Part shown: positions 40,040 to 51,745 of the stretch, piece by piece | Layout: each line of letters opens with the position of its first letter | How positions within the stretch are numbered: the first letter of the stretch is position 1 | Assembly: GCF_963921235.1 (NCBI RefSeq) | Contig: NC_086109.1 | Span: forward strand, 14,944,001 to 15,008,000 | Direction of reading: 5' to 3' | Length of the DNA: 64,000 bases | From: Mobula hypostoma | Lineage: Eukaryota | Position numbers and translations under genes: made by a program | Notes under the pieces: model-generated | The model's input: only the letters and a program-made list of their open reading frames with translations | Database searches by the model: none | Told to the model about the DNA's origin: nothing

Positions 40040-40821
40040 CCTAATGCTTTTTATAGGCGAAGCTTACTTCTGGAATGGTTCACCAAGTGAAGAAGTCATT
40101 ATGGATTCAACCTGAACAAAAATACGATAGAGCTTTAAATCATCTATTGAGGTGACATACAATAGACAATGTTAGCAGTTAAAATAAACCACAAAGTAAC
40201 ATTTTTGCAAGAGCATCAAAGGAGTCATAAAACTATGAAACATTTCCCCCTTTCCTCGCCATGCCGTATCAACGTGCCGACTTTAGCAGCTGATGCAATA
40301 GAAGCAGGAAACCTATAAAAGAAGCCATTAATTAGGTGTAATTAGCTGTCTCTCTCTCTCTCTTCAGGTAGAAGAAAATACGTACAAAAAATTAGAGCAT
40401 GAGAGTTTGTATTTTCTTTGGTCCATTGTCCCTGCTGACAATGATGTCAGTCTAACTAATCCTGTCTGCCTGCACATGGTTCCTATCCCTATATTCCTTG
40501 TCTGCTCATGTGCCTGCCTAAATGCCTCTTAAACATTACTATCATGTCTGTTTGTACCACCTTTCCCACCAGTGCATTCCTATCATTTGCTGTGTAAAAA
40601 CAAGCATGCCTTGCAAATCTCCTTTAAACTTTTCCCTTCACCTTAAATCTATGCTCTCCAATACATGATATTTCCACCCTGGGAAACTGACTCTTGAGTA
40701 TTTCTCCCCTATCTATACTTATCACTTTATATAGTTCTTTTGGTTCATTCCTCTGCCTCTGATGCTTCAGAGAAAACAATCCTGCAGTACGACAACAAAA
40801 ACCGCGCAGTACTACAGATAT

Positions 40822-41085
40822 GAAAGGAAAGGAAAGGTACGTTGCATCCAGAGTTTCTCCGGTTAGCGGACGATTTCCCTCCACGCCTCTCTGACGTAGT
40901 GGGGAACCGCGTACAAGGCAAGTTACCGCACTGGTTTGCCATTGCCTTCTGCCGGCTGAGTTTCCAAAGAGATCACCAGCTCGTAACCCAGCATGGATGA
41001 AAAGCGTGCAGGGGAGCTGGCTAAATTCGAACTCGGGACTTTTCGTCCCGAAGTCCAGCACTGATGCCACTGCGCCACCAGCCGG
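40822..41085 (-). mobile_element. Young full-length tRNA-derived SINE with 13-bp TSD, nested in a CR1 3' fragment (~40395-41130)
   Basis: A box TGGCGCAGTGG, B box GAGTTCGAAT, internal GAAGGCAATGGCAAACCA, (CTTTC)n tail. Perfect TSD GTACTACAGATAT at 40809-40821 and 41086-41098. Confidence 0.92.
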
Positions 41086-42464
41086 GTACTACAGATATAG
41101 CATAACCAAAATTTTATACAACTGACATACTAATTCTTAGGCTCCAGATTTCTAAGTGCATCTTTCCATGCTAGATGGAGCCCTGACCAATGAAGGTAAT
41201 CATACCATACACCAGGTTTCCCAACCCTTTTTATACCATGGACACCCACCATAACCAAGGGGTCCATGGACCAGTTTGAGAATCCCTGCCATGTACCTCC
41301 TTTATCGCCCATTGCAATGCCAATTGCAAATCAATGGCAGGACAACAAGGACTTGATGGACTGAATGGCCTCATTCAGTTCCTATATTTTACCCTCCTAT
41401 ATCTTTTTTCCATGGCAATGTTAACATTGTGATGCAGTGGATCAGGCACTTATCCTGTTTTAAACACCACTCAGACTTGACAGAGATGTCTGTTAACTGC
41501 AGAAGACTCATTTGAGCAATTTCCATCTAATCCATTGCTTAGTGGGGATGTGCTTAAAACTCTAAATATTCCTATGGCAAACTTAGAATCTCACTTAGCC
41601 AGAGACCATTTAGGATGCAAAGATGCACTTAGAAACCTGGAATGTTATTGGGTCATCTGCAGTAAATATGCACTTTGTTTACTCAAAACAGTGAGACCTT
41701 TTCAGATTAAATTGCAATATGTTTTCAACAGACCCATTTCCCAAAAATCAAATTACTTTAAAAAAAATCTACCCGGTAATCCATTTTATATCTTGTCTTA
41801 CCTTTCTGCAATTTTCCTTTTACCATCCAATCTAGCATCATCTGTGAAATCCATCTCCAAATTATTTAAATGCAAGGTGAACAAAATTGGATTTGGAATG
41901 ATTTTCTGTGGGGTAACATTTCCCCACGATCATGCAGTTTGGCACCCATTTTGCATCCCAAATTGGAACCATTTGCCAACTACTCTACTACCTCCCCATC
42001 ATTGTATTACCTGTATCACTGTCTCAAGAAGGCAACATTTATAAAAGATGAATGTTGCCTTCAAAGATCCCCCCATCTAGTCCATGCCACCTTTCATCAG
42101 CTACTGTCGGACAAAAGCCTGAAATCCCACACGATCAGTTCAAGAAGAGCTACTTCTCTTCAACCATTTGGTTCTTGAACAAAACTACTGTTTAGCTACA
42201 CTAATGACCATGTTGACCACTTAGCACTAAAAATGAACTGTTTTTATTCTAATTATGTGTCTTGTAAAACTGTTTATGTTTTTATTGTTATAATGCCATA
42301 TGCCTACAATACTACTGCAAGGAAAGTTTCTTTTCATTGCACTGTGCATGCATGTACTTCTGCATATGACGATTTTGAAAGTGAAACCCTAAATCTCCAT
42401 GATCTGAACTTCACCAGCTTCTTAAATGGCACTTCACCAATACTGATAAAAGTATTGAAGAAAT

Positions 42465-43080
42465 CCATTATCAAGTCAAGTCACATAAATTGTCTATTAT
42501 ATACACACACACCATCAAATGAGACAATATTTCTCTGAACCAGTGTATAAAGCACTGTAGTACACATAACAGTTTATCAAGGTAAGATTGCAATCTCTAG
42601 ATGCATACATTAAATATTGTAAATTACAGGATAGATTAACCAGTGACATTTAGAATGCAATGTGGCAGGGAGTTCAGAAGCCTCGTGGCCTGAGGGAAAA
42701 ACCATTTCCATCTGACCATTCTTGTTTTTATGCATTGGAGTCTCCTTGCCTGGTGGTAGAAAGTCAAAGAGGATGCTGGCTGGATGGGTGGGATCCTTAA
42801 CACTGTAATACTAAGGGCTCTATGTACGCAGTGCACTTGATAATGTCCCCAAAGGATGGTCAGGGGACACCTATGATCCTCTCAGTCGTCCTCACAGTCC
42901 TTTGTAGTGATTTCTGGTCCGATGCTTGGCTGTTTCCATACCAGATGGAGACGCAACTTGTCAGGACACTCTCAATGGTGTTCCTATAAAATGCAATCAA
43001 GATGGGTGGGGGGAGCCACAATTTTCTCAATCTCCTTCAGAAGTGGAGATACTGCTGTGCCTTCTTGGTCATGTAGGTGA
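42465..43080 (-). mobile_element. Rex1/Babar-type LINE 3' fragment
   Basis: Antisense of KKAQQYLHF.RRL...ESVLTSCVSIWYG...FFPQATRLLNS. Confidence 0.75.
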
Positions 43081-44162
43081 CATTAAGGGACATTATATTC
43101 TTTCAGCCCTTAACCAACAATTTTTTCTCATCCCATTTCTAAGTTTCTGTCCCTCCTTTTCCAATTCAAGTTGCCTCTCCAAACAACCTCGTATTAATAC
43201 AGGAATTTAACTCAAACTCCTCTGTACATTTCATGCAACTCTTCTTCCCTACTCTGGTTTACCTGGGCAGGCTCCTCTTCATTCCCCATATATCCACACT
43301 GACATTGATTTTTCTTCCAAAAACTCAGAGCAACTTCATCTTCCTTCTCTAGAATCAACTAATTCACATCTGTCCTTCCACTTAATAGACAGCAACACAC
43401 ACAAACACGCTTCTTTTTCCTCTTTTCCACCCCCAACAGAGATCACTTTCTCTCTCAGCATGACTCCTGCTTAATCCTCTCAGTCTGTCCTCAATTTCTG
43501 CTTCCCATTATGGCCTGTCTGGGTGACTGAATGTCAATGAGTGCTACAGGCAAGGGATTGCTAATCTTGAGAATTTCTGCGACAATGCGCAGCAGCATTT
43601 AATTACTGATGGCAGCAGCATAATGCAAGAAGTGGAACTAATGACAAGGAAAGCATCCTGCAGTTCTGCTAACATTTATCTACAGATCTACAATACCATG
43701 TTAGAAATTGCAGGTAAATATAATTGTACATCTTTGCTGAATCCACCGTAATACATACTTCACACAGTTAAGAATTCTCCTCATCCAAATAACTAACTTC
43801 AATTTTCAAAAATGAAAAATCTTATAGAAATTTGATGTATTGACCATTTTGAATAGGTTAACAGAATAAATTCTAACCCTGGGTAAAATAAACAACTGCT
43901 TATTTGTGAAAAAAGACGGATGCCCAGAGACTGAATGAATTAAACTCAGTAATCCAAGATTTTGATTTATTTATCACATATACGTGGAAGCATACAGTTA
44001 AATGCGTCATTTGTATTAACAACTAAAAAACCTGGCGGTTTACTGGGGACAACCGGCAACTATCACAAATTTAGGTGACAACAAAACATGCCCACCAGTA
44101 GAGGGTTCATCTAAAACTTTGCCACATGTCCCAATTCACACCAAGACGCTTTCACCACTCTC

Positions 44163-44380
44163 AAACACAAGAGGTTCTGCAGATGTTAGAAATTCAGAGC
44201 AACACAAAATGCTGGAGGAATTCAGCAGGCCAGGCGGCATCTATGGAAAGGAATAAAAGATCACATTGCAGGCCAGGATCCTTAATCAGTCCTGAAGAAG
44301 GGTCTTGGCCCAAAATGTCAATTTATTTATTTCCATAGATGCTGCCTGACCTGCTGAGTTCCTCCAGCGTTTTGTGTGTG
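44163..44380. mobile_element. Short inverted pair of PLE termini
   Basis: acacaaaatgctggaggaattcagcaggccaggcggcatctatggaa and ttccatagatgctgcctgacctgctgagttcctccagcgttttgtgt flank a hammerhead remnant (cagtcctgaagaagggtcttggcccaaaatgtc). Confidence 0.75.
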
Positions 44381-44749
44381 TCACTCATCACTCTGTTTGC
44401 TGACATACATTGACTCAAAGTTAAACAATATTTCAATTTTAAAACTATCACCCTTGTATTTAAATTCTGGCACATGTCTCTGCTACCTCCTCCAGCTTTA
44501 CAACCCTCTGGTGATCTCACCTTTCACTCATTCTGGATCTTGCTCAGTTACAAATTTATTTGTTCCAGTAATGGCAGCATTGCGTACAGCTGCCAGGGAT
44601 TTAGCCAATATAGTTCCTGATACAAGCTTTTCCAAACTCCCTTTCTGCCTGCAAGGTCTTCCTTAAAACCTTAATCTTTCAGAAAGATTTCTGGAAATCT
44701 GTCACAATATCTCTTTTCTGATTCAGCACAGATTTTTTCTTTGAAGTGC

Positions 44750-45136
44750 TGGGTGGCGGGGTGAAGATGCGTCTCTACCAAAGGAGGTGTAAGGCTCTCC
44801 TTCCCTTTGCCAGCCTGCAGGTAGCCCTTGGGCAAGACGTAGCACCTGCTTCCCCCCCCCCCCCCCCGAATCAGGATCATGAGAAGCCACAGGAGCAGGT
44901 GGTGAATAACTGTATGAGTAGCTGGTGCCTATCAAGTCCTAGTTATGCGAACACTAACGCCAGACAATCTCAAAAGAGTATTGACAATGGCTGGTGTTAC
45001 TTGTCTTGTAAAGACTCTGCCCAGATTAAGGCAATGGCAAACCACTTCTGTAGAAAAATTTGCTAAGAACAATCATGGTCATGGAAAGACCATGTTTGCC
45101 CATGTCATAAGATATGGCACATAATGAACAAACCTA
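44750..45136 (+). mobile_element. ~390-bp SINE-like retroposon with RTE-type 3' end (copy 2)
   Basis: 8-bp TSD TGAAGTGC (44742-44749, 45137-45144); same family as 801-1170. Confidence 0.8.
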
Positions 45137-45419
45137 TGAAGTGCACTGAAATGTACCTACTCTAGAGAGTTTTAATACAAAACATACAACACAGTCCATG
45201 ACCCTCAATTGGTCTTGCATCCACGTGGCTAACAGTCTTTTAAACATCCCAAGTTACACACACACACAATGCAGGTCGGCCCAGAACATAGGCTCTTTAT
45301 TCCTTTTCATAGATGCTGCTTGACCTGCTAGTTTTTCCAGCAGGTTGTAGGTGTCCCTCTGGATCCCTTGTGCTTTAAACGAGTCTATTGTATCAGTCTC
45401 TAATTCCACACATGGCAGT

Positions 45420-46097
45420 ACCTACCTTTGACATCTCCCCTCAACTTCCATCCACTCTCCATAAATGAATGCCCTCTGATGTTGGCCATTGCCACCTTGG
45501 GAAAAAGGCAGTGCCCTCTCTGTGCTTCTCATGATCTTACACGCCTCTAACAAGCCCTAGCTTGCTCAACCTCTCACCATAAAATATGTTCTCTAATCCA
45601 GGCAGCATCCTGGTAAATCTCCTTTGCACCCTCTTAAGGTTTCTACATCCTTCCTGTAATGAGAGAAGCTAAACAGAACACAGTACTCCAAATATGGTCG
45701 AACCAGAGATTTACAGAGCTGCTAAATTTCCTTCTGGCTCTTGAACTCAGTCCCCTGATTAATGAAGGCCCGCACCCCATACACCTTCTTAACCACCCTA
45801 TCAACTTGTATGGCAATTTTGAGGGATCTATGGTCTTGGACCCCAAGATTTCTCTGTTCCTCCATACTACTAAGAATCCTTCCATTAACCATGTATCCTG
45901 TCTTCAACTTCAATCTTCCAAAGTAACTTACTTCACACTTTTCTGGAATGAATTCCATCTGCCATTTCTACGCCCAACTCTGCGTCCTGTCTATATCCAT
46001 TTATAACCTATGACAACCTTCTACAACTATCCAGAACACATCCAACCTTCGTGCCATCTGCAAACCTACTAACCCAACGCTCCACTTCCTCATCCAA
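45420..46097 (-). mobile_element. CR1 LINE fragment
   Basis: MEFIPEKCEVSYFGR...EEQRNLGVQDHRSLKIAIQVDRVVKKVYGVRAFINQG. Confidence 0.85.
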
Positions 46098-47457
46098 GTA
46101 GATGGAGACTATCGTTGAATCAGACCAGGATGCAAGGAGCGTGAGCATAAAGGTGATCAGAAGGAACAAGGCTCACAGAACAGTTCAAGAAAACCAAAGT
46201 GGTGAACAAAGAGGAAACTAGGATTTATTAATTTAAAAGAAACCACTTGAGGAACTTAGCAGGTAACGCATTATCTACAAAGGCAACAAAATGGTTGATA
46301 TTTTGAGTCATGACCCTGCATCAAGACTGAGTGTAGGGAGAATGCAGCCAGAATAAAAATGTGGAGGAATTGTTAAGACAGACTGCTGGAGGATAGGTGG
46401 GACAATGAATATAAATACACAAGATTAGCTTATATATATCTAGCGATACATGGCAACATTGTGCAGACAGCTCACAAGACTACTGGATATACTTTTGAGT
46501 TATGATCGCTGCAATTTGCAGTCTAATTTCCCTTTAAGAAACATACTTTTGAACCATCTAAATCTAGATAGTCTTTGTTTACACACTGATTGTATGTCAG
46601 TCTTTGTGTGTCATTTTTACATTGATTCTGTTGTATTTCTTTGTTCTACTGTGAATGCTGACAAAAAAATTGAATCTCAGAGTAGCACATGGTGACAGAC
46701 ATGTACGTTGATAATAAATTTACTTTGTACTTTAGACTGATTGCATATACATAAAGTGATGCTAGGTACAGGTGTATCTGTCCACAAGGTGACTGACAGG
46801 AAAAGATAAAATAGTGGTGGCAGGGGTGGGTTAGTGGTGGAGGTATTGATCAGCCTGATGGCTTGGAGAAAGTAACTGTTTTTGAGCCTGATGGTCCTGG
46901 CCTGGATTTTTCATGAATGAAGTAAGGCAAACAGTTAAGAGCAGGGTGAGTGAGGTCCTCACAATAATGGGGGCTAAATGAGGTAAAATTCTAAAAGATG
47001 TAGAAGGATTAGGAAGTACCTCAAGCAAGGATAAGATATAAAGTTGCTGATTAGATTTGAGACATGTCACCCTTTGAAGAAATGATTAAAAAGACTTGTA
47101 TTACTCAAAGAATGGGGAAGTAACAATGCTGTGATTCAGCCACCGCAGTGCTGAGGCCATACAGAGTGAAGAAAGTTGACTGAAATAAGGTGGTGTCGTC
47201 AGCAAAGGGCTCAGATGTCACGATCAATGAAACACGGTGACCAAAGAGAGTGGATGGCGGCTCAAAGTTTCAAAACAAAACACTTGCTCAAATTGGACCA
47301 GTTGAAATGCTTTTGGTTTCAAGAACACAGCGACTATAGTATTTCAGAAAGTTTCTGATCTAAAAAACAGCAGTTACCCATAAATTTGCAAACTGGCCAC
47401 TGCATTTTCTACAATATACCAGTGTCTGTGCTTCAAAACAGATCCCTACTAACCTAA

Positions 47458-48322
47458 GCAACACACAAAGTTGCTGGTGAACGCAGCAGGCCAGGCAGCA
47501 TCTCTAGGAAGAGGTACAGTCGACATTTCGGGCCAAGACCCTTTGTCAGGACTAACTGAAGGAAGAGCTAGTAAGAGATTTGAAAGTGGGAGGGGGGGGG
47601 GAGATCCGAAATGATAGGAGAAGACAGGAGGAGGAGGGATGGAGCCAAGAGCTGGACAGTTGATTGGCAAAAGGGATATGAGAGGATCTTGGGACAGGAG
47701 GCCCAGGGAGAAGGAAAAGGGGGAGGGGGGGAAAAAAAACCAGAGGATGGGCAAGGGGTATAGTCAGAGGGCCAGAGGGAGAAAAAGGAGAGAGAGAGAG
47801 AAAGAATGTGTGTATATAAATAAATAACGGATGGGGTACAAGGAGGAGGTGGGGCATTAGTGGAAGTTAGAGAAGATAATGTTCATGCTAATGCCCCACC
47901 TCCCCCTCGTACCCCATCCGTTATTTATTTATATACACACATTCTTTCTCTCTCCTTTTTCTCCCTCTGTCCCTCTCACTATACCCCTTGTCCATCCTCT
48001 GAGCTTCCCCCCCTCCCCCTTTTCTTCCTCCCTAGGCCTCCTGTCCCATGATCCTCTCATATCCCTTTTGCCAATCAACTGTCCGGCTCTTGGCTCCATC
48101 CCTCCCCCTCCTGTCTTCTCCTATCATTTTGGATTTTCCCCTCCCCCTCCCACTTTCAAATCTCTTACTAGCTCTTCTTTCAGTTAGTCCTGACGAAGGG
48201 TCTCGGCCCAAAACGTCGACTGTACCTCTTCCTAGAGATGCTGCCTGGCCTGCTGCGTTCACCAGCAACTTTGATGTGTGTTGCTTGAATTGCCAGCATC
48301 TGCAGAATTCCTCGTGTTTACG
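47458..48322. mobile_element. Penelope-like element insertion forming a ~400-bp-arm inverted repeat, 15-bp TSD
   Basis: Arms 47458-47860 and 47888-48284 with a 27-nt spacer. TSD TCCCTACTAACCTAA at 47443-47457 and 48323-48337. Confidence 0.92.
48186..48221 (+). ncRNA. Minimal type I hammerhead ribozyme motif (G12->A mutated)
   Basis: AGTC-CTGACGA-A-GGGT CTCG GCCC-aAAAC-GTC-GACT. Confidence 0.6.
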
Positions 48323-48496
48323 TCCCTACTAACCTAACTTAACCCTGGATCTCAGGGCTGATCAGCACCATGCTAGCTCATTTATAAACAATTTCTTTAA
48401 AAATCATTGTTAAAATTCATTTAATTGGCATCTATAATTATGGCTGACAGATATTTGAGATATCAGGGGAGAACACCATCTACCAATGATAAAAAT

Positions 48497-48737
48497 GTAT
48501 TCCTTTAGTCAGAGGGTGGTGCATCTGTGGAACTTGTTGTCACAGACGGCTGTGGTGGCCAAGTCACTGGGTATATTTAAAGCTGAGGTTGATTGATTCT
48601 TGATTAGTAAGGGCAGCAAAGGTTATGGAGAAAAGGCTGGAGAATGGGGTTGAGGGGGATAATAAATCAGCCGTGATGGGAATGTCAGAGCAGACTCTGT
48701 AGGCCGAATAGCCTAATTCTGCACCTATATCTTATGG
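48497..48737 (+). mobile_element. CR1 3' tail
   Basis: ttagtcagagggtggtg.atctgtggaa...atttaaagctgaggttgat...cctaattctgcacctatatcttatgg; similar tails at 4110-4275 and 55897-56215. Confidence 0.75.
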
Positions 48738-48793
48738 AGAAAAACATTTACATGGAAAATGCTAAAATACAAGGAGCTTGAAATGATTTGTGT

Positions 48794-48857
48794 AAAAAAC
48801 ATGGCATTTGAGCAAAAAATCATGGCATTTGAGCAAAAAATCATGGCATTTGAGCAA
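48794..48857. repeat. 21-bp tandem repeat x3
   Basis: (AAAAAATCATGGCATTTGAGC)3, near perfect. Confidence 0.9.
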
Positions 48858-50015
48858 GCCCAGAATATATCATCTTGTTATTCACCTCAGAAATTGGAAA
48901 TGACTTGAACAAGTTTCAATCACATGCCAATGTTGATTCATATAAATACATCAATTCATATTCAGAGTTTTTGTTTCAATAAGCACAACAGTTGAAATCA
49001 CAGATAAAAAAAGTCCAAAGCATCTTTAGAACATTTATATCAAATGTCACTTTTGCACACAAACTGTGTGCAATTTACTAATTTACTACTGTTTCGTAAT
49101 TTTTCTGTGGGTTTGCCTGAATTAACGTGATTTATAGAACATGAATAACAGCCTTCAGCTGTCAATATGATAGAGCCCATCTAATTGAGTCTGCCTAGGC
49201 ATGTTTAGTCACAACAGAAAATTTAAACACCTTGGTCTCAAACCGCATTTTAAATTTCAATACCCGAATTGACCTCCACTTAACAAATGCATCGATGCTT
49301 TTGGATATTTTCAGTTGGTAAAAGCTGCTGGAGGAGCTTAACAGTATTGATTTTGATAGGAGTCTTCTCCATGAATCTACTGTTCTGATGAAATACAGGA
49401 CAGGAGGAAGACAGTGGGTGGGATGAAGCCCTGTATTCTCTATCCTCTCACTCATTCACCACAAGAAATCTGTGTAAACTCTACTTTCATTCAAACTTTT
49501 AACACAGTGGTTGGGGCAAATTAACACAATATTATTTTATATTCTTTAAAAAGGCACAAGGCCATTCAGCCTTTCAAATCTGCTCTCAGAGCAATCTCAT
49601 TGGCTTAATTTAATTCTAAGTCATCCTTTATCACATACACATTAACTAACCCTCTCCCCCACATATTTCACAAATCTCCTACCACCCCATACACCAGGGG
49701 CAATTTACAGTACCTGTCTAACCAACCAACCTGCATGTTTTGGGAAGAAATTGGAGCATCCACACCAACCCAGTCACAGAGTCTTTGTTATTGTCAAAGA
49801 CTAGCAAATTACTGCAGATGTACAGTGGAGAGCATTCTGACAGGTATGGAAGCTGCAGAGCTTTATAAACTCAACCAGCTCCATCATGAGAACTCATCCG
49901 CCCCCCCCCCGCCCCCACATCAAGGACTTCTTCAATAGGCAATGCCTCAAGGTGCCATCTATCATTCAGCAACCCCATTATCCAGGACGTGCCCTCTCCT
50001 CATTGCTCCCATCAG

Positions 50016-50533
50016 CAGACATCCCACCCTGCAAAAACTCATCTCAGGGAGGTAGCACCATCAATTTGCAGGAGACTCCAGGAACTTCCAGGAGAGGTGG
50101 GATGTCTGCAATACAGCAGCTCCTGAGCAGCTAGCCAGCTAGTTTAAAAACGTTAGCTATGCTAATGAACGAATGACACCTGTTAAACTCACCTCAACAT
50201 GTCTTTTACAGTCTTAACCCACCATGGGCAATAGAAAAGTCACTGTTGCAGACAGTGCAGCGAGCAATACTGTCATTATTTTTGACCCCTATTAGGCAGG
50301 GGTACACTTTAGTATAGTATGGGGTGACGTACATTTTATATTTTCTTTTTTTTGGAACACTCTGCCATGGCGCTCTCACATCCTTTCTCTCTCTCTCTCT
50401 CTCTCTATCGCGCTCTCTCTCTCGCTCACAAAAAAATTGATTTCCAGGATATTGTATATAATTTGCGGGCATCAGGGAGCTGCTATTAATATGCGGGAGA
50501 CTCCCAGAACCTTCGGGAGAGGTGGGATGTCTG
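50016..50533 (-). mobile_element. Non-autonomous hAT-like transposon with BED-finger exon (copy 2), inserted in a Rex1/Babar fragment (~49790-50745)
   Basis: TIRs as in copy 1; perfect 6-bp TSD CATCAG on both sides; frameshifted KKRKYKMY..YPCLIGVKNNDSIARCTVCNSDFSIAHGG. Confidence 0.88.
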
Positions 50534-50864
50534 CATCAGCAAGCAGCAAACATTGTAGGAACAGCTTCTTGCCCTCCGCCAACAGATTTCTGAAGAGACC
50601 ATGAACACTACCTCACATTTTGCTCCCTTTTTACACTTAAAAATATTGTAACTTAGAGTAAATTTTTATGTATTGCACTATACTCTGCCACAAAACAACA
50701 AATTCTATGATGCACGTCAGTGATGATAAACCTGATTCTGATTCAGAGAGAATGCATGAACTGCAGACAGACAGCTCATAGTCAGAATTGAACACAGATT
50801 GCTGGATATGTGTGCTGGAAGCAGCATCTGCTGCACTACTGTTTTGCCAAAAGAAGCCAGTACA

Positions 50865-51150
50865 GGAGCACTGTGGTTAGCGTAACATTTCACAGCACCA
50901 GCTGTAAGATCGGGGTTCAATTGCCACCACTATCGGTGAAGAGTTTGTACATTCTCCTCGTGACCACGTAGGTTTTCTCTGGGTGCCCCAGCTCCCTCCC
51001 ACATTCCAAAGATATACGGTTAGGGTTAGAGTTAGTAAAGTGCAGGTGTGCTATGTTGGCGTTGGAAGCATGGCAACATTGGGGGCTGTCCCAGCATAAT
51101 CCTTGATGCAAACGGCGCATTCCACTCTATGTTTCGATGTACTAATCTTT
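50865..51150 (+). mobile_element. tRNA-derived V-domain SINE
   Basis: gtggttagcgtaac...ggggttcaattgcc head and V-core ggttttctctgggtgccccagctccctcccac. Further copies at ~51445-51690 and ~62880-63083 (+), ~56335-56650 and ~57110-57365 (-). Confidence 0.8.
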
Positions 51151-51745
51151 AATATTGAGAAAGAAAACATTAATAAAATTACACTCTTGATGATAGATGC
51201 AGAGGACAATCAACCTGTCACTAGTCCTGGTGAAAGGAACTCCAAGAACTGCCAAGGTTTAACTCCAATATGGTCGCCACTTATATTGTACAAGCATCAG
51301 TACCTTTTGGGTGGAGCACCTGCTCTTCACTCAGCTCCATTCATTAACTCCTGAAATAGCAATGAGCATTATACCACTGACCATCTCGAACCACTCATTT
51401 AAACTTTGTTTGTTTGTTTTATATGACGTCCATTTGATCATTTAGTAGCATAGCCGTTAGTGTAACGCTTTACAGAGCTAGTGACCTGGGTTCAGTTCCT
51501 GCTGCTGTCTATAAAGAGTTTATACATCCTCCCCATGACCGTGTAGGTTTCCTCCGGGTGCTCCGGTTTCCTCTCGCAATCCAAAGATGTACCTATTAGA
51601 TTAATTAGTCACACCGGTGTAATTCGACGGTGTGGGCTCATTGTTTGAAAGGACCTATTACCATGCTCTATCTCTAAATGAGTAAATAAATAAATATACT
51701 GTTCCAAACCAATTAAATTCTCACTACCTGTGGAAATGTATCTTC

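Noticed and set aside
41010..41085. tRNA gene (also 59415-59480 and 50865-50930)
   Set aside because: A/B boxes belong to SINE heads followed by SINE bodies, tails and TSDs; no full cloverleaf or oligo-T terminator.
41535..42044. 169-aa plus-strand ORF
   Set aside because: Non-ATG start, overlaps decayed CR1/Rex fragments, no recognisable domain.
48794..48857. CRISPR-like 21-bp repeats
   Set aside because: Head-to-tail with no spacers, in a eukaryotic context with no cas genes; a simple tandem triplication.
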